Shown piece by piece: positions 52,873-64,000 of a DNA stretch of 64,000 nt; the stretch's first letter is position 1, and each line of letters opens with the position of its first letter. The position numbers and the translations under genes were made by a program. The notes beneath the pieces were generated by a model, which saw only the letters and a list, made by a program, of their open reading frames with translations, was not told the DNA's origin and made no database searches. This DNA is from Chiloscyllium plagiosum (taxonomy: Eukaryota): the NCBI RefSeq assembly GCF_004010195.1, contig NC_057720.1, forward strand, positions 22,589,499-22,653,498. The letters are read 5' to 3'.

Positions 52873-53169
52873 TAAATTGCAGAAGAGGCCATTAGGCCCA
52901 CTAAGACCACACCGACCCTCCAAAGAGCACACAGCACCCCCATTCCTGTCCCCATAATACCACATTTAGCACGGCAAATGGAACTAGTTGCACATCCCTG
53001 GACTCTGTTGTGCAATTTACTGCACATCTTTGGATAGGGGGAGGAAACAGGAGCATCCAATGGAAGCTCATATGGGAAGAATGTCCACACTGACAGTCAC
53101 CCAAGGCTAGAATCAACCTGGGTCCTTCCACCGTGAGGCAGCAGTGTGAACTACTGAGGCACTGTGCCT
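52873..53169 (-). mobile_element. HE1-related V-SINE (older)
   Basis: Degenerate HE1 head, V domain and tail. Confidence 0.75.
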
Positions 53170-54647
53170 TCCTAAACTGCAAAAATGCAGGACTGCAGAA
53201 ATTCGTCAGAGAAGGATAGATACTCTGTGCAACAATCGTCAACTGCTTTACTAGCTGCCTTTCCTCCATTACAGAGACAGCACAAGAACTAAGGGATAGG
53301 AAAAGGGAATTCCTTAACTAATGCATGGGTTATGAGACATCATGGATAAGGACTTCAGCGATTCTTAGGGAAGTTGCAGATCATGTATATGTAGTCTTGC
53401 CAAGATGAAGAGAATCATTTTCATAGCACATGGTATCAAAATTTACAACATATAAGCAGCCAAAACACTTATTCCCACACCCACAGAATGAGCTAGAGGT
53501 TGGGATTTCACAACCAGGCATGATTCCAAAATATGTAAAGCAGGGGAGCAAACTTATTATGGGTTCAAGACTTTCACGGCAGGGTAGATAGGACTGTGAA
53601 ACAGAGACAGCATAAGTCAGGCCGATATTACATCGTTAAGGGGAAAAGTGCTAAGGTAAATATCAGGAAGTTGTGCTAGGCTGTAGATGAAGGGGAAGTG
53701 ATAGGTTGCTGAATCAGGGAATATTTAGGTAGCAAAATCATGTTTTCGGACCAAGTCATTTAAATTTCAGATAAGAATTTGACTATTGGGTAACAAAGAC
53801 ATTAAAATAATTACACACTTCAAAATAATTATTATCTCATTTACTTAAAGTACAAGTTATTCAAAACATAAAGGCCATTCAGTCTAAGCAATGCTTGCTA
53901 GTATTTACGCTCCATTTAAGCCTCTCCTGTATTTTCTCATTTAAATCTTATACCACACCAAGCCATTTTGTACTTTTGTCCCCTCATTTTTTTTGTACAG
54001 CCTCCCCTTAAATGTGTTCATACTGTTCACTTCAGCCACACGTTTTGGCAACAAGTTCCACACTCTCACCATTCTTTGGGTAAAGAGTTTTCTATTTGAT
54101 TTATTGGTGATTATATCACATTAATAGCCTTTTCTCATGCTCTTTCCACAAGAGGAAACATTCTATCTTTCAGAAGCTTTCAGAATTTTACCAACATCAA
54201 CTCGGCCATTCTCAGACCCAGCCTATCAATCCTTTCTTCATTGAGACACACACATTTCCAGTATCATCCTTGTTATTCGTCTCAGTGCGTCCATATTCTT
54301 TCCATAAAATAGTGACTAGAACTGCACTCAATACTCTAAACATCGTCTGAATATCACTGACTCATTTTGTCAAGGTGGCTTGCAAATAGAGAAAAAACTG
54401 CAGCCAACCTAAAGGATTGACCATGAAGGTACAGACAGGAAATAAGGTGTGATGAGCAAAAGGTCGTATGCAAAATGTCCCTCTGTGCTATGATGTACAG
54501 GGCACCATAAATCTCGCTCAACAAAAGACTTCAACTGAAAATGGAAAAATCCCACCCAAGGTTTTAAACAGGGAATTGTACAGCTGGCCTTTGTGCCAGC
54601 AGAAGGGTGACAAGGATTGGGCTGCTTGAAACCCTTACGCAGCTACC

Positions 54648-54951
54648 ATGGAATCTCAGCGGTTAACACTGCTGCTTCACAGTGCCAGGGACCCAGGTTC
54701 AATTCTAGCCTCAGGCGACTGTCTGTGTGGTGTTTGGGTATTCTCCCCCTGTCCGTGTGGGTTTCCTCCCACGATCCAAATATGTGCAGGTTAGGTGAAT
54801 TGGTCATGTTAAACTGCCCGTATTATTAGTCAGAGGCAAATTATTAGTCAGGGGCAAATATAGAGTAGGGGAACGGGTCTGCATGGGTTACTCTTCAGTG
54901 GGTCGGTGTGGGCTTGTTGGGCCAAAGGGCCTGTTTCCACACAGTAGGGAT
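54648..54951 (+). mobile_element. HE1 SINE
   Basis: ctcagcggttaacactgctgcttcacagtgccagggaccc...gggcctgtttccacac. Confidence 0.88.
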
Positions 54952-55069
54952 TTTAAACAGAGGCCATTATAAGCATTAAACAGTATGGCCACAACTGAGT
55001 GAAAACCTCCAGACATAAATGTGGACAAACAACAGCATCAACTGATATTAATAATTTACATTTACATCA

Positions 55070-55570
55070 GAATGGTATTATTAAACCAGAGAGGGTTCAG
55101 AAAAGATTTACCAGGATATTGCCACAAACAGAGGTTTTAAGTTACATGGAGAGACTTGATAGGCTGGAATCTTTTTCACTGGAGCGTAGGAGGCTGAGGG
55201 TTGACCTTATATAAAATCATGATAATAGATCATAGATAATGTGAATGGCAGGTGTCTTTTCCCTAGGGTAGGGAATTTCAAGACTAAGCAGCATACTTAT
55301 AAGGTGAGCGGAGAAAGATTTCAAAAAGACACTTGAGAGGCAATTTGCTTTTACACAGAGAGTAGTTTGTGTGTGGAATGAGCTTTAAAAAGAAATGGTG
55401 GATGTGAGTACGGTTACATTATTTAAAAGACATTTGGATAAGTACATGATTAAGAAATGTTTAGAGGGATATGGGCCAAGTGCAGGCAGGTATTTCTGTT
55501 TGGGATATCTGGTCAGTATGGACCGGTTGGACCGAAGGGTTTGCTTCCATACTGTATGACTCTTTGACTC
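55070..55570 (+). mobile_element. HER1-like CR1 3' end
   Basis: ERVQKRFTRILP...SLERRRLRVDLI; tail tatgactctttgactct. Confidence 0.85.
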
Positions 55571-56715
55571 TGAATCCAGAATCTCCCCAGCAAAATGCTC
55601 AAAAATGTCAAAATTCCAAGTTTCATTCAAGCTTCAAAGCACATCCCTGCCCTCACCATCCAGAAAATGCATTCCTCTCAGATCGTTTAGAAACCCATTT
55701 GTCCAACTGTCCCTTTGCTCTTTGTCAAAATTGCCTCTTGGCTGCTGCCAAATGCATTATTTGATGATCCAATTGCTGGTTCTCCAAAAGAAAAGATTAA
55801 TCTTTTAGATTTCCTTGTTTTGAAAATTCTAACTGTGACTACCTTGATAAAAAAATCATCCCTCACAATCATTTTGTTCTCCTATTACTTCCAGTTTTAT
55901 CTCCCTCTGCTCTCGCATTCTTTAAAAGGACACTTTATAACCAAAGTTTGACTGCCTGTTCCAGTGAAAGTTTAAAAAGTGATATTATACCAAGGATTAT
56001 CAGCTGTTTATTCCAGACTATGATGTATGAAGAAATAATAGTTAAGAATCGAGCCGTTTTTCATGTAAAGTGTGATCAGTGATTACTAAATATGCTGATT
56101 TGATAGGACCTTTCAAAAGGGAATTCACGAACACAAAATGCAGGGCTATGGGGGTTAAGCCATGTTGTGGGATGAACTAGATTTCTCTTTGGAAGAGACA
56201 GAGAAAAATTCATGGTCCAAATAGTTCCTGTGCTGTAATAATTTATGATTCCATAAGAATGGTTAGTTTTTGCATTAATCAGAAATAATTTTATGACAAT
56301 AAGAAAGGGCATGACTAAAATGGAATCCATATGTATTTCAAAAGATGGTCACGGAGCAATAAAGGGGTGCGGGATATGGAAAGATCTTTTTTCACTGGAA
56401 GAGAGTGCAAAGTAGTGTCACACACCAAGATGAATGAAGACATAAATTAGCACCAGTGGGCACATAAACAACAAATGCAATTCGATATAGCAAAATGGGG
56501 CGTGCTTCATTTTGATGGAAATTGGAACCCACAGGAAGATTTTTGAGGTAAAAAAAGCATAAATCTAAGAATGACAAATTATTGAATGCAGTAACAGAAG
56601 GTGATAAGGCCAATAAGCATGCAAGCTACCATTCAATCTTCCTGTGTGCCCCCTCATTCCTTATGATCTGCCATTGGCAGTCGTCAGGTCAGAAACTTCA
56701 GAATTCTCTCCATAA

Positions 56716-57051
56716 TGGGTGGCTCAGTGGTTAGCACTGCTGCCTCACAGTGCCAGGGACCCAGATTTAATCCCAACCTCAAGTGACTGTCTGTTTGGAG
56801 TTTGCACAAGCTGCCCGTGTCTACATGGGTTTCCTCTGGGTGCTCTGGGTTCCTTCCGCAGTCCAAAGATGTGCAGGTCAGGTGGTTTAGCCACGCTAAA
56901 TTGCCCACAGTGAGCAGGGATGTGTAGATTAGCTTAATTTGCCATGGGAAATGCAGGGATAGGGTAGGAGGGTGAATCTGGGTGGATGCTCTTTGGAGGA
57001 TTGGTGTGGTCTTGTTGGGCCAAATGGCCTGTTTCCACACTGTAGGGATTC
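56716..57051 (+). mobile_element. HE1 SINE, full length
   Basis: ggtggctcagtggttagcactgctgcctcacagtgccaggg; V domain; tail ggcctgtttccacactgtagggatt. Confidence 0.9.
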
Positions 57052-57202
57052 CATGATAATACTAAAACTCTCTGCCTCTCCTCTCCCCTCACTTTAATTG
57101 AAACCCACCCAAAATCAGGCATTTATTCGACTACTGCTGTGGCTCCTTTTCCTGCTTCTGGACTAATTTTTATCTGATTATGCCCTTGTGAAATATTTTT
57201 AG

Positions 57203-57578
57203 AACATCAGGAGTAGGCCATCTGGCCCTTCAAGCCTGCCCCGCCATTCAATAAGATCATGGCTGATCTTATTGTGGACATACCTGCCGTCTGGTCGTAA
57301 CCCTTACTTTCTTCATGGTTCAACAAAAATCCATCTTATCTTTAAAAATGTTTACTGAAGTAGCATCAACTACTTCACTGGGGAAGGAATTGCATAGATT
57401 TACAACCCTCTGGGTGAAGAAGTTCCTCTGCAATTCAGTCCTAAATCTACTCTCCCTAATTTTGAGGCTATGCCCTCTTGTCCTAGTTTCACCCACCAGC
57501 GGAAACATCCTCTCTACTTCTATCTTATCGATTCCCTTTATAATTTTATATGTTTCTATAAGATCCCCCTCATTCTTT
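57203..57578 (-). mobile_element. CR1 3' end
   Basis: MFPLVGETRTRGHSLKIRESRFRTELQRNFFTQRVVNLCNS. Confidence 0.88.
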
Positions 57579-58564
57579 AAACATCTTTTTTTTTACATAA
57601 AACATGCTATATAAATGTAAGTTATCAATTATAACCAATATAAAAACATTGTGGTTGCATTGGCCTGGCATTATCATATGGCTACTGTACAAATGTAACA
57701 GAATCTATTTGAAAATTGTCAGTAGTTATCCATGATTCCTAGGTTAGCTTCTTCTTCACAATTATATTTACATTGGGCGCTCAGTATCAGTCAGGCTAAC
57801 CAGTTCATAATAACGATCACAGACTGAACAGAAAATCACACACTTGTTGGAATAAAGCAGATTGGAAATACAGAAAAATTATCTAAAGACATAGCATTAA
57901 CACCGGAACATAATATATCATGTGGATTAAAAAAAAATTAAATTGCAGTTGTTACATGCTGATATTTGTTAAAAGGTGAAAAAAATCATAAGCTGATGGC
58001 AATTTTCAGTAGAGAGTATAAATTGTGTGACTGTACAATGTTCACATCGATATGCAAATCTAATATTTCAAGAATCTGGATTAGTGGTGCTGGAAGAGCA
58101 CAGCAATTCAGGCAGCATCCATTTCAAGAACCCTATTTTAATGTTCTAATGCAAAGTGAACAGCCACAGATGTTACATGATATGGAGAATAAGGTGAGAA
58201 TGACAGGTGGAGTTGTATGTTTTTATTTTTCTTCAATACACAGGTTATTTTTTTCCACTCCTTCTAGGCATTCTGGTTCCTAGCCTTTTATATTCCATAA
58301 ACTTACTCAGAATTTACTGAACAGGAATGTGCCATTCATATAATAGTTTTGTTCTGCTTTTCATGCTCCACAGGAGTCTCCTCCTAACTTAACATATTCG
58401 ACCCTTTCAGCATATCCTTTGATTGAAGGATCAGGTAATTAACTTGAAATCCCTTTTAATCCATCCTAGCTATCCATCCCAACCACTGAGTGTGGTAGCA
58501 AGGTTCACAGTCTCATCATTCAAGTAAAGGATAACCTCCTGAATTCAATATTGGATTCATAGGA

Positions 58565-58867
58565 TCATAGAAAACCAACAGTGTGGGAACAGGCCATTCG
58601 GCCCAACAAGTCCACACTGACCCTCCGAACAGTAACCCAGTCAGATCCTATTACTCTACATTTACCCATAGCTAATGCACCTAACCTATAGATCCCTGAA
58701 GACAATGGATAATTTAAATGGCCAATTGTTTGGATTGTGGGAGGAAACCCACAAAGACATGGAGAGAACTTACAAACATCACACAGACAGCCGCCCAAGG
58801 CTGGAATCGCACCCGGACCCCTGGCACTGTGAGGTAGCAGTGCTAACCACTGCGCCACCATGCCACC
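58565..58867 (-). mobile_element. HE1 SINE
   Basis: Reverse complement of the HE1 head, V domain and tail. Confidence 0.88.
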
Positions 58868-59199
58868 CCAAATTATTAGTAACTTATAGCCCTCAGTTTT
58901 ATACTCCCTAACATTGGAAATAATTTCTCTCAATCTATGCTTTCAAGCTTCTCCATAACTTAAAAATCTCGATCTATTCACTTTCAACCTTCTCTTTTCT
59001 AAAGGGCATCAACTATTTCAGTAATTCTGACAACTACACTCTTACAGTTCTGATATCATCCTTGTAAAGTTTATTTTGTGCTTAAGCCAATGCTTGTAAA
59101 TCCTCATGTATCCTTATGTAATATATATATATTATTTATTCTTTCACAGGATGTGGGTCATTACACTGCCTTCAACATATCTTCACAAACTTTGATATT

Positions 59200-59950
59200 C
59201 AATATCGTCAGCAATTACTCACTATAATGAGTATGATTGCCCACCCAGGAGATTCTGTATGCATCCTTGTGTGACTGATCAGCCCAATTCTAGAACCACA
59301 TCTCCGATTACACATTTGGCCGTTTTTCTGGGGGTGGAAGTGATCTTTGACCTTGAGATCATTGGCTGTTCTTTCTCCAGCTCCTTTTCTGCATTTTCTC
59401 TTGCTGTCAGATGTCCTCAACGAAGTGTGTCTCTTCATACAGGAGACTCCCCCAAGTGTCCAGAGCGAAATAGAAGCCTTCTTTGGACTCATCGATGGCA
59501 TCGATGGTTGGAGCATAGGCACTGATACCTGTTGCCTGCTGGTTCTTGGTAAGTTGTAGACTAAGAATTATGAAGCGATTATTGATGCTAACATGGAGCT
59601 CTGTGAGTTGATTGAGAGTTTGTTCTTGACAGAGAATCCAATTCCATGCATCCTGGGAAGAACCTAGGTTTTACCACTCGAGAGGAAGATATAACAATCA
59701 CCTTCCTCCCTTAGCTGCTCTTCACTTGCTCATCGGGTCTCTAGCAGGGCATTAATATGAATGTTGAAGTGTTTGAGATCACAGCAACAAGGGCAGTTCT
59801 TCATTCTGTTTGACTGGTTCACTCCTTCTCCCTGATAGCTCATACATTCAAGATTTGAAGATTGAGTTTGACTTTGGTTTTCAGAACCTGTTGGATGCAG
59901 TTTTTTTTAGCCAGGTTGGTAATGGAACAGACTATTTTTCTAGCCCCTTT
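59200..59950 (-). mobile_element. RTE-clade LINE ORF C-terminal fragment
   Basis: Terminal zinc-finger-like CNRRCGSRIGLISHTRMH typical of RTE ORF ends; upstream degenerate RT remnants. Confidence 0.7.
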
Positions 59951-60142
59951 CCCACATGTTGGGAGCAGAGTGGGCTCTAAAGGTGATTGCTCAATAGTGA
60001 AGAAAGCGGCTAAAACACTCTCCTGTTCTTATTCCGAGAGCAAAACAACTGAGTCAAACTCCACCAGCTATGTCCCAGACTGAAGCTAGGGACTTCCAGA
60101 TCTCACAACTCTGTCACTGTCACCTCACTCCAATCGCCCAGG

Positions 60143-60350
60143 TGCATGTGCATATGCATGTGTAGTGTGTGCTCAAAGTGGTGTATGCATGCGTGTTTGT
60201 GTGGGTGGGGTGTGTGCATGTGGGATGGGGTGTGTGTGGTTTGTGAGGTGGGATATGTGTGTGGGGTGGGACGTGTGCGTGTGCTGGTGGTGTTGTGCAC
60301 GCCTGTGCGCACGTGTAGTGTGTGCGCGTGTATGCAATGTGTCCATGTAC
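60143..60350. repeat. Degenerate (TG)n low-complexity tract
   Basis: Visible tgtg/gtgg/tgca-rich run. Confidence 0.9.
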
Positions 60351-61446
60351 ACAGAAGTGATCCAATTCCAGTGACAAAGAAGGAAACCTCGATGATTTGG
60401 AATCTCTCTACACTGCTGTGGTCACCTACCATTGCAGCCATTGGTATCACACTAGCATCTTCTGCCTGGATCACTGTGGAGCACTTGTTTTGGAAATGTG
60501 CTTTGCTTGGTTCCTCCTCTCTGACCTTACTCTGAACGGATGGCCCTGTCAGGAGCTGAGAACACCTAGCGGCATCACTCTCAGGTTCAATGGAATACTC
60601 AACCTCCACACCATAGCAAATTGGAAATCTGCAGAAAGGGGAATACAGTATAGGTATATTTTATCTACCTGGGGACTGTGAACAGAAGAGCCTTTCTTTT
60701 CAATAACTTAGCTACTGGAATTACCTTATGTCTCCATATGATCTTTCCTGTCCTTGAAATTGCATATAGTAATATTAGATCTGTTTAAATATCATTGATA
60801 TCAATGTGGATCCTCAAAAGGTAAACCATAAATAGCTGCATCTTAGATAGGAATAACTTCTTGCACATCCTGATTATGTAAGGCTTCTTTTCTTTGTTTT
60901 ATTTCTTATTACATCAGCATCCATGCTAATCCAAACTTAGTCTGAACTATGAAATTTCAAACTTATCATGAAATTAGAACTTATTAAATATCCTCAGAAA
61001 GTTACTAAAGCTTCCTGGATTTGGATAACTGTTGGCCACATTCAAAATTAGTTGATGCCAGACACTTCACTGATCAATTTAAATACAAATTTGTTCAAAG
61101 AGAGGAAGTCCTTTCATTAGCTTTCCAGACAGTCAATGCAATCTGCTACATTTGCATCATGTCAGTTAGATAGGATTCTAATGCTGTATCTTCCTCATTT
61201 GTGTTATTCAATACTGGAAATGATCAGATCCTGAAGACTCTACGCTAAATTTTTTTCCCCATTTCCAATCTTAAAATTTTCAATCAACAAGTTGGATTGC
61301 AGGTGCAACAGGTAAGTAAGAAGGCAAATGGAATGTTGTCCTTCATTGCTTGAGAGATGGAATTTAAAAATAGGGAGGTTATGTTGCAGCTGTATCGGGA
61401 CTACTGCGAGCAGTTTTGGTCTCCTTCTGAGAAAAGGTGTACTGGG

Positions 61447-61723
61447 AGAAAGTGATGACTGCAGATGCTGGAGATCAGAGTCAAAAAGTGTGGTGCTGGA
61501 AAAGCACAGCTGGACAGGCAGCATCTGAGGAACAGGAAAGCCGATGTTTCGAGCATAAGCTCTTAGGGGTGGGGGGAGTTGATGGTGATAGGTTTTATGT
61601 TTTTATGTTGAATATGATATGGCCTCATTCCTGATGAAGGGCTTTTGCCCAAAACATTGATTCTCCTGTTCCTCGGATGCTGCCTGGCCTGCTGTGCTTT
61701 TCCAGCACCACACTCTCAACTCT
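61447..61723. mobile_element. Fold-back Penelope-derived element, family A
   Basis: Inverted arms with a ~60-bp spacer; hammerhead cores decayed. Confidence 0.75.
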
Positions 61724-63119
61724 AATATATTCTGTCTCTTCAATAATTTTGTTTCCTGTCCATCACTGAGACACCATTCTCTTTTGCTGTGAAGGTGAGC
61801 AAAGAAATTCTCCTTTCAGAAATTTCATTACCCTAGTTGCTTTTTGAATATTTCATGTATTTCTTTCCTCCAGTAGAAATGGAGGGATGTGGAGCTTTTA
61901 TTTAACAGTCTGGATTGGAAATCTGATACCTATATCATTTCTAGGTCCCACTTCCACACCTCATCTGTACAGCCAGTATCATGATATCTTCAAACTCCAA
62001 TCTATTAATTGAACAAGAGGCAAGCTCAATGCTTGGTTCATAATGCCAAGCATTGCTAGGAGACAGGAGATGATGGTCAAATACAATCTTCAAAGATAGA
62101 CAGCAGTCATAACTGGATTTGTTGCTGTTTTGCAAAATTGGAAGAGGTAGGATATTCGAGGGATCACAGTTTCATGCCACAAAGAAATGGTCAAATAGCC
62201 AATGAGACGGTACCACACCCACTCTGACACAGTAATCCATTTTGGTAAAATATTTTCTTTAGCAGTAATGTGAATGGCTGGCTCCTATGTTGCTCCCAAC
62301 AACTCCAAATTAACATGCATCAGTATTAGGGTTTTGTAATGTCCCATCTCAAAACTCTCTCTCATCTTTCACAGGGCATTGCAAGCCATTCAAGAAGCTT
62401 GACTGGGAGCAAACTGGAACTGAACACATTCCTAACTCCCTGTCCTTGCACTGAAATTAGCAACACATCCTGAAAGAATTGTGATACTGACACACAATCT
62501 GAGGGGTGTAATTTGTAAATATATCCACACTAACTTCACTAACCTCAAAGGTGATTGAAAAGTCTTTCCATGGATTAGACCTACAGCGTAAGTTACGAGC
62601 CAATGTTTCATGAACGTTCCATGCAATTTCTTATTTTCACATGGCTTCAGTGACCAGGTGAATCATAGTGTCTACCAATGTAACTGGTTCAACAATTGCA
62701 ATGAGGATAATGGTGAGACAATCCAGAAGTTGGAAGTAGCAAACAGTGTATAAATGTGATGAGAATATGGAATTTGACAGGGTAGATGCAGACTCTCCAT
62801 TGTGGAAGAGTTTGGGACCAGTGGGTATAATCTCAGAATAAAGACAAAGATGAGGAGGAATTTCTTCTCTCGGAGGGCAAAATATCAGTGGAATCTGTGA
62901 ATTCGCAGAAGGTAACATATCTATGCAATCTGTGAATTCTCTGAGGACTATGGAGGCCAGGTCTATTCGATACTGGGCAATTACTAGGCTCTAGTTGGAA
63001 CCAATGAACACAAAAACATGTTTTTGTCAGCAAACAAACAGGGAGGTTTTATTCTGTAGCTGTGCACTTTGTAAAAGCTCAAAACAAGTCTGAATAAATC
63101 TGCAAACTAGCCAATGACC

Positions 63120-63278
63120 CACTGGTGTGATTCAACTAGAAGAAAGTGAGGTCTGCAGATGCTGGTGATCATTCCTAATGAAGGGCTCTGGCCTGAAATA
63201 TTGATTTTCCTGTTCCTCAGATGCTGCCTGACCTGCTGTGCTTTTCCAGCAACACACTCTCGTCACTAGTGTGATTCA
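63120..63278. mobile_element. Penelope-derived element, family A, with 15-bp TSD
   Basis: cactggtgtgattca (63120-63134) and cactagtgtgattca (63264-63278) flank a short inverted tail plus pLTR. Confidence 0.75.
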
Positions 63279-63521
63279 TCAGTGCTCATGGACTCACCTC
63301 TTGAAAGGGGCACTCACAACTTACTTTACATCTATTTTAACACTTAACAGGATTGGTAATACTTAAGGCTGAGATAGACAGATTTTTAATCAGTACAGGA
63401 GTGATGAGCTATGGGGTGTAGGCAGGAAAGTGGATTTGAGGATTATCGGATCACTCATGATATTGAATTGCGGAGCAGACGCAATAGACTGAAAGGCCCA
63501 CTTCTGCTCCTATGACTTACA

Positions 63522-64000
63522 GTAATAGAGTAATAAAGATATACAGCACAGAAACAGATCCTTCAGTCCAACTCGTCCATGCCGACTAGATATCCTAAAT
63601 AAATCTAGTCCTATTTGCCAGCATTTGGCCCATCTCCCGCCAAACCCCTTATATTCATATACCCATCCAGCTGCCTTTTAAATGTTGTATTTGTACCAAC
63701 CTCCAACACTTCCTCTGGCAACTCGTTGCATACACGCACCACCCTCTGTGTGAAAACATTACCCCTTACATCTGTTTTAAATCTTTCCCCCTCACCTTAA
63801 ATCCATGCACTTTAGTTTTGGAATCCCCCACCCCAGGGAAAATATCTTGTCTATTTACCCTATCATGCCCCTCATGATTTTGTAAATCTCTACAGGTCAC
63901 CCCTCAGCCTCTGACACTCCAGGGGAAAAAAACCCAGCCTATTCAGCCTCTCCCTTTGGCTCAAACCTTCTGACCCTGGCAACATCCTTGAAAATCTTTT
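63522..64000 (-). mobile_element. HER1-like CR1 3' end (runs off the window)
   Basis: Same tail and ORF2 C-terminus as 24707-25146. Confidence 0.85.

Noticed and set aside
56716..56780. tRNA gene
   Set aside because: It is the tRNA-derived head of an HE1 SINE, continuing into the V domain and LINE tail.
60103..60609. His/Thr- and Cys/Val-rich ORFs
   Set aside because: Translation of a (TG)n low-complexity tract.

Overview
This is eukaryotic, repeat-rich intronic DNA from a cartilaginous fish; the HE1/V-SINEs, HER1-like CR1 LINEs and SacSINE1-like SINEs point to a shark. The only host coding sequence I can support is one 83-bp minus-strand exon (47399-47481, [28 protein letters not shown]) matching exon 3 of DPYD (dihydropyrimidine dehydrogenase), so the window is DPYD intron 3 (left) and intron 2 (right). 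Most listed ORFs are spurious or retroelement debris (CR1, Penelope GIY-YIG, Gypsy pol, Rex1, RTE). Main observations: (1) a TSD-flanked copy of a 3'-extended, structurally intact but divergent U2 snRNA at 11045-11320, with changes in the U6-pairing and branch-point recognition region; (2) at least four families of short Penelope-type fold-back elements, each with a minimal hammerhead-ribozyme core and co-varying stems; (3) two templated-insertion scars; (4) an RFX X-box/CCAAT cluster next to the DPYD splice donor. Repeat boundaries were set by eye and are approximate. No database searches were run.
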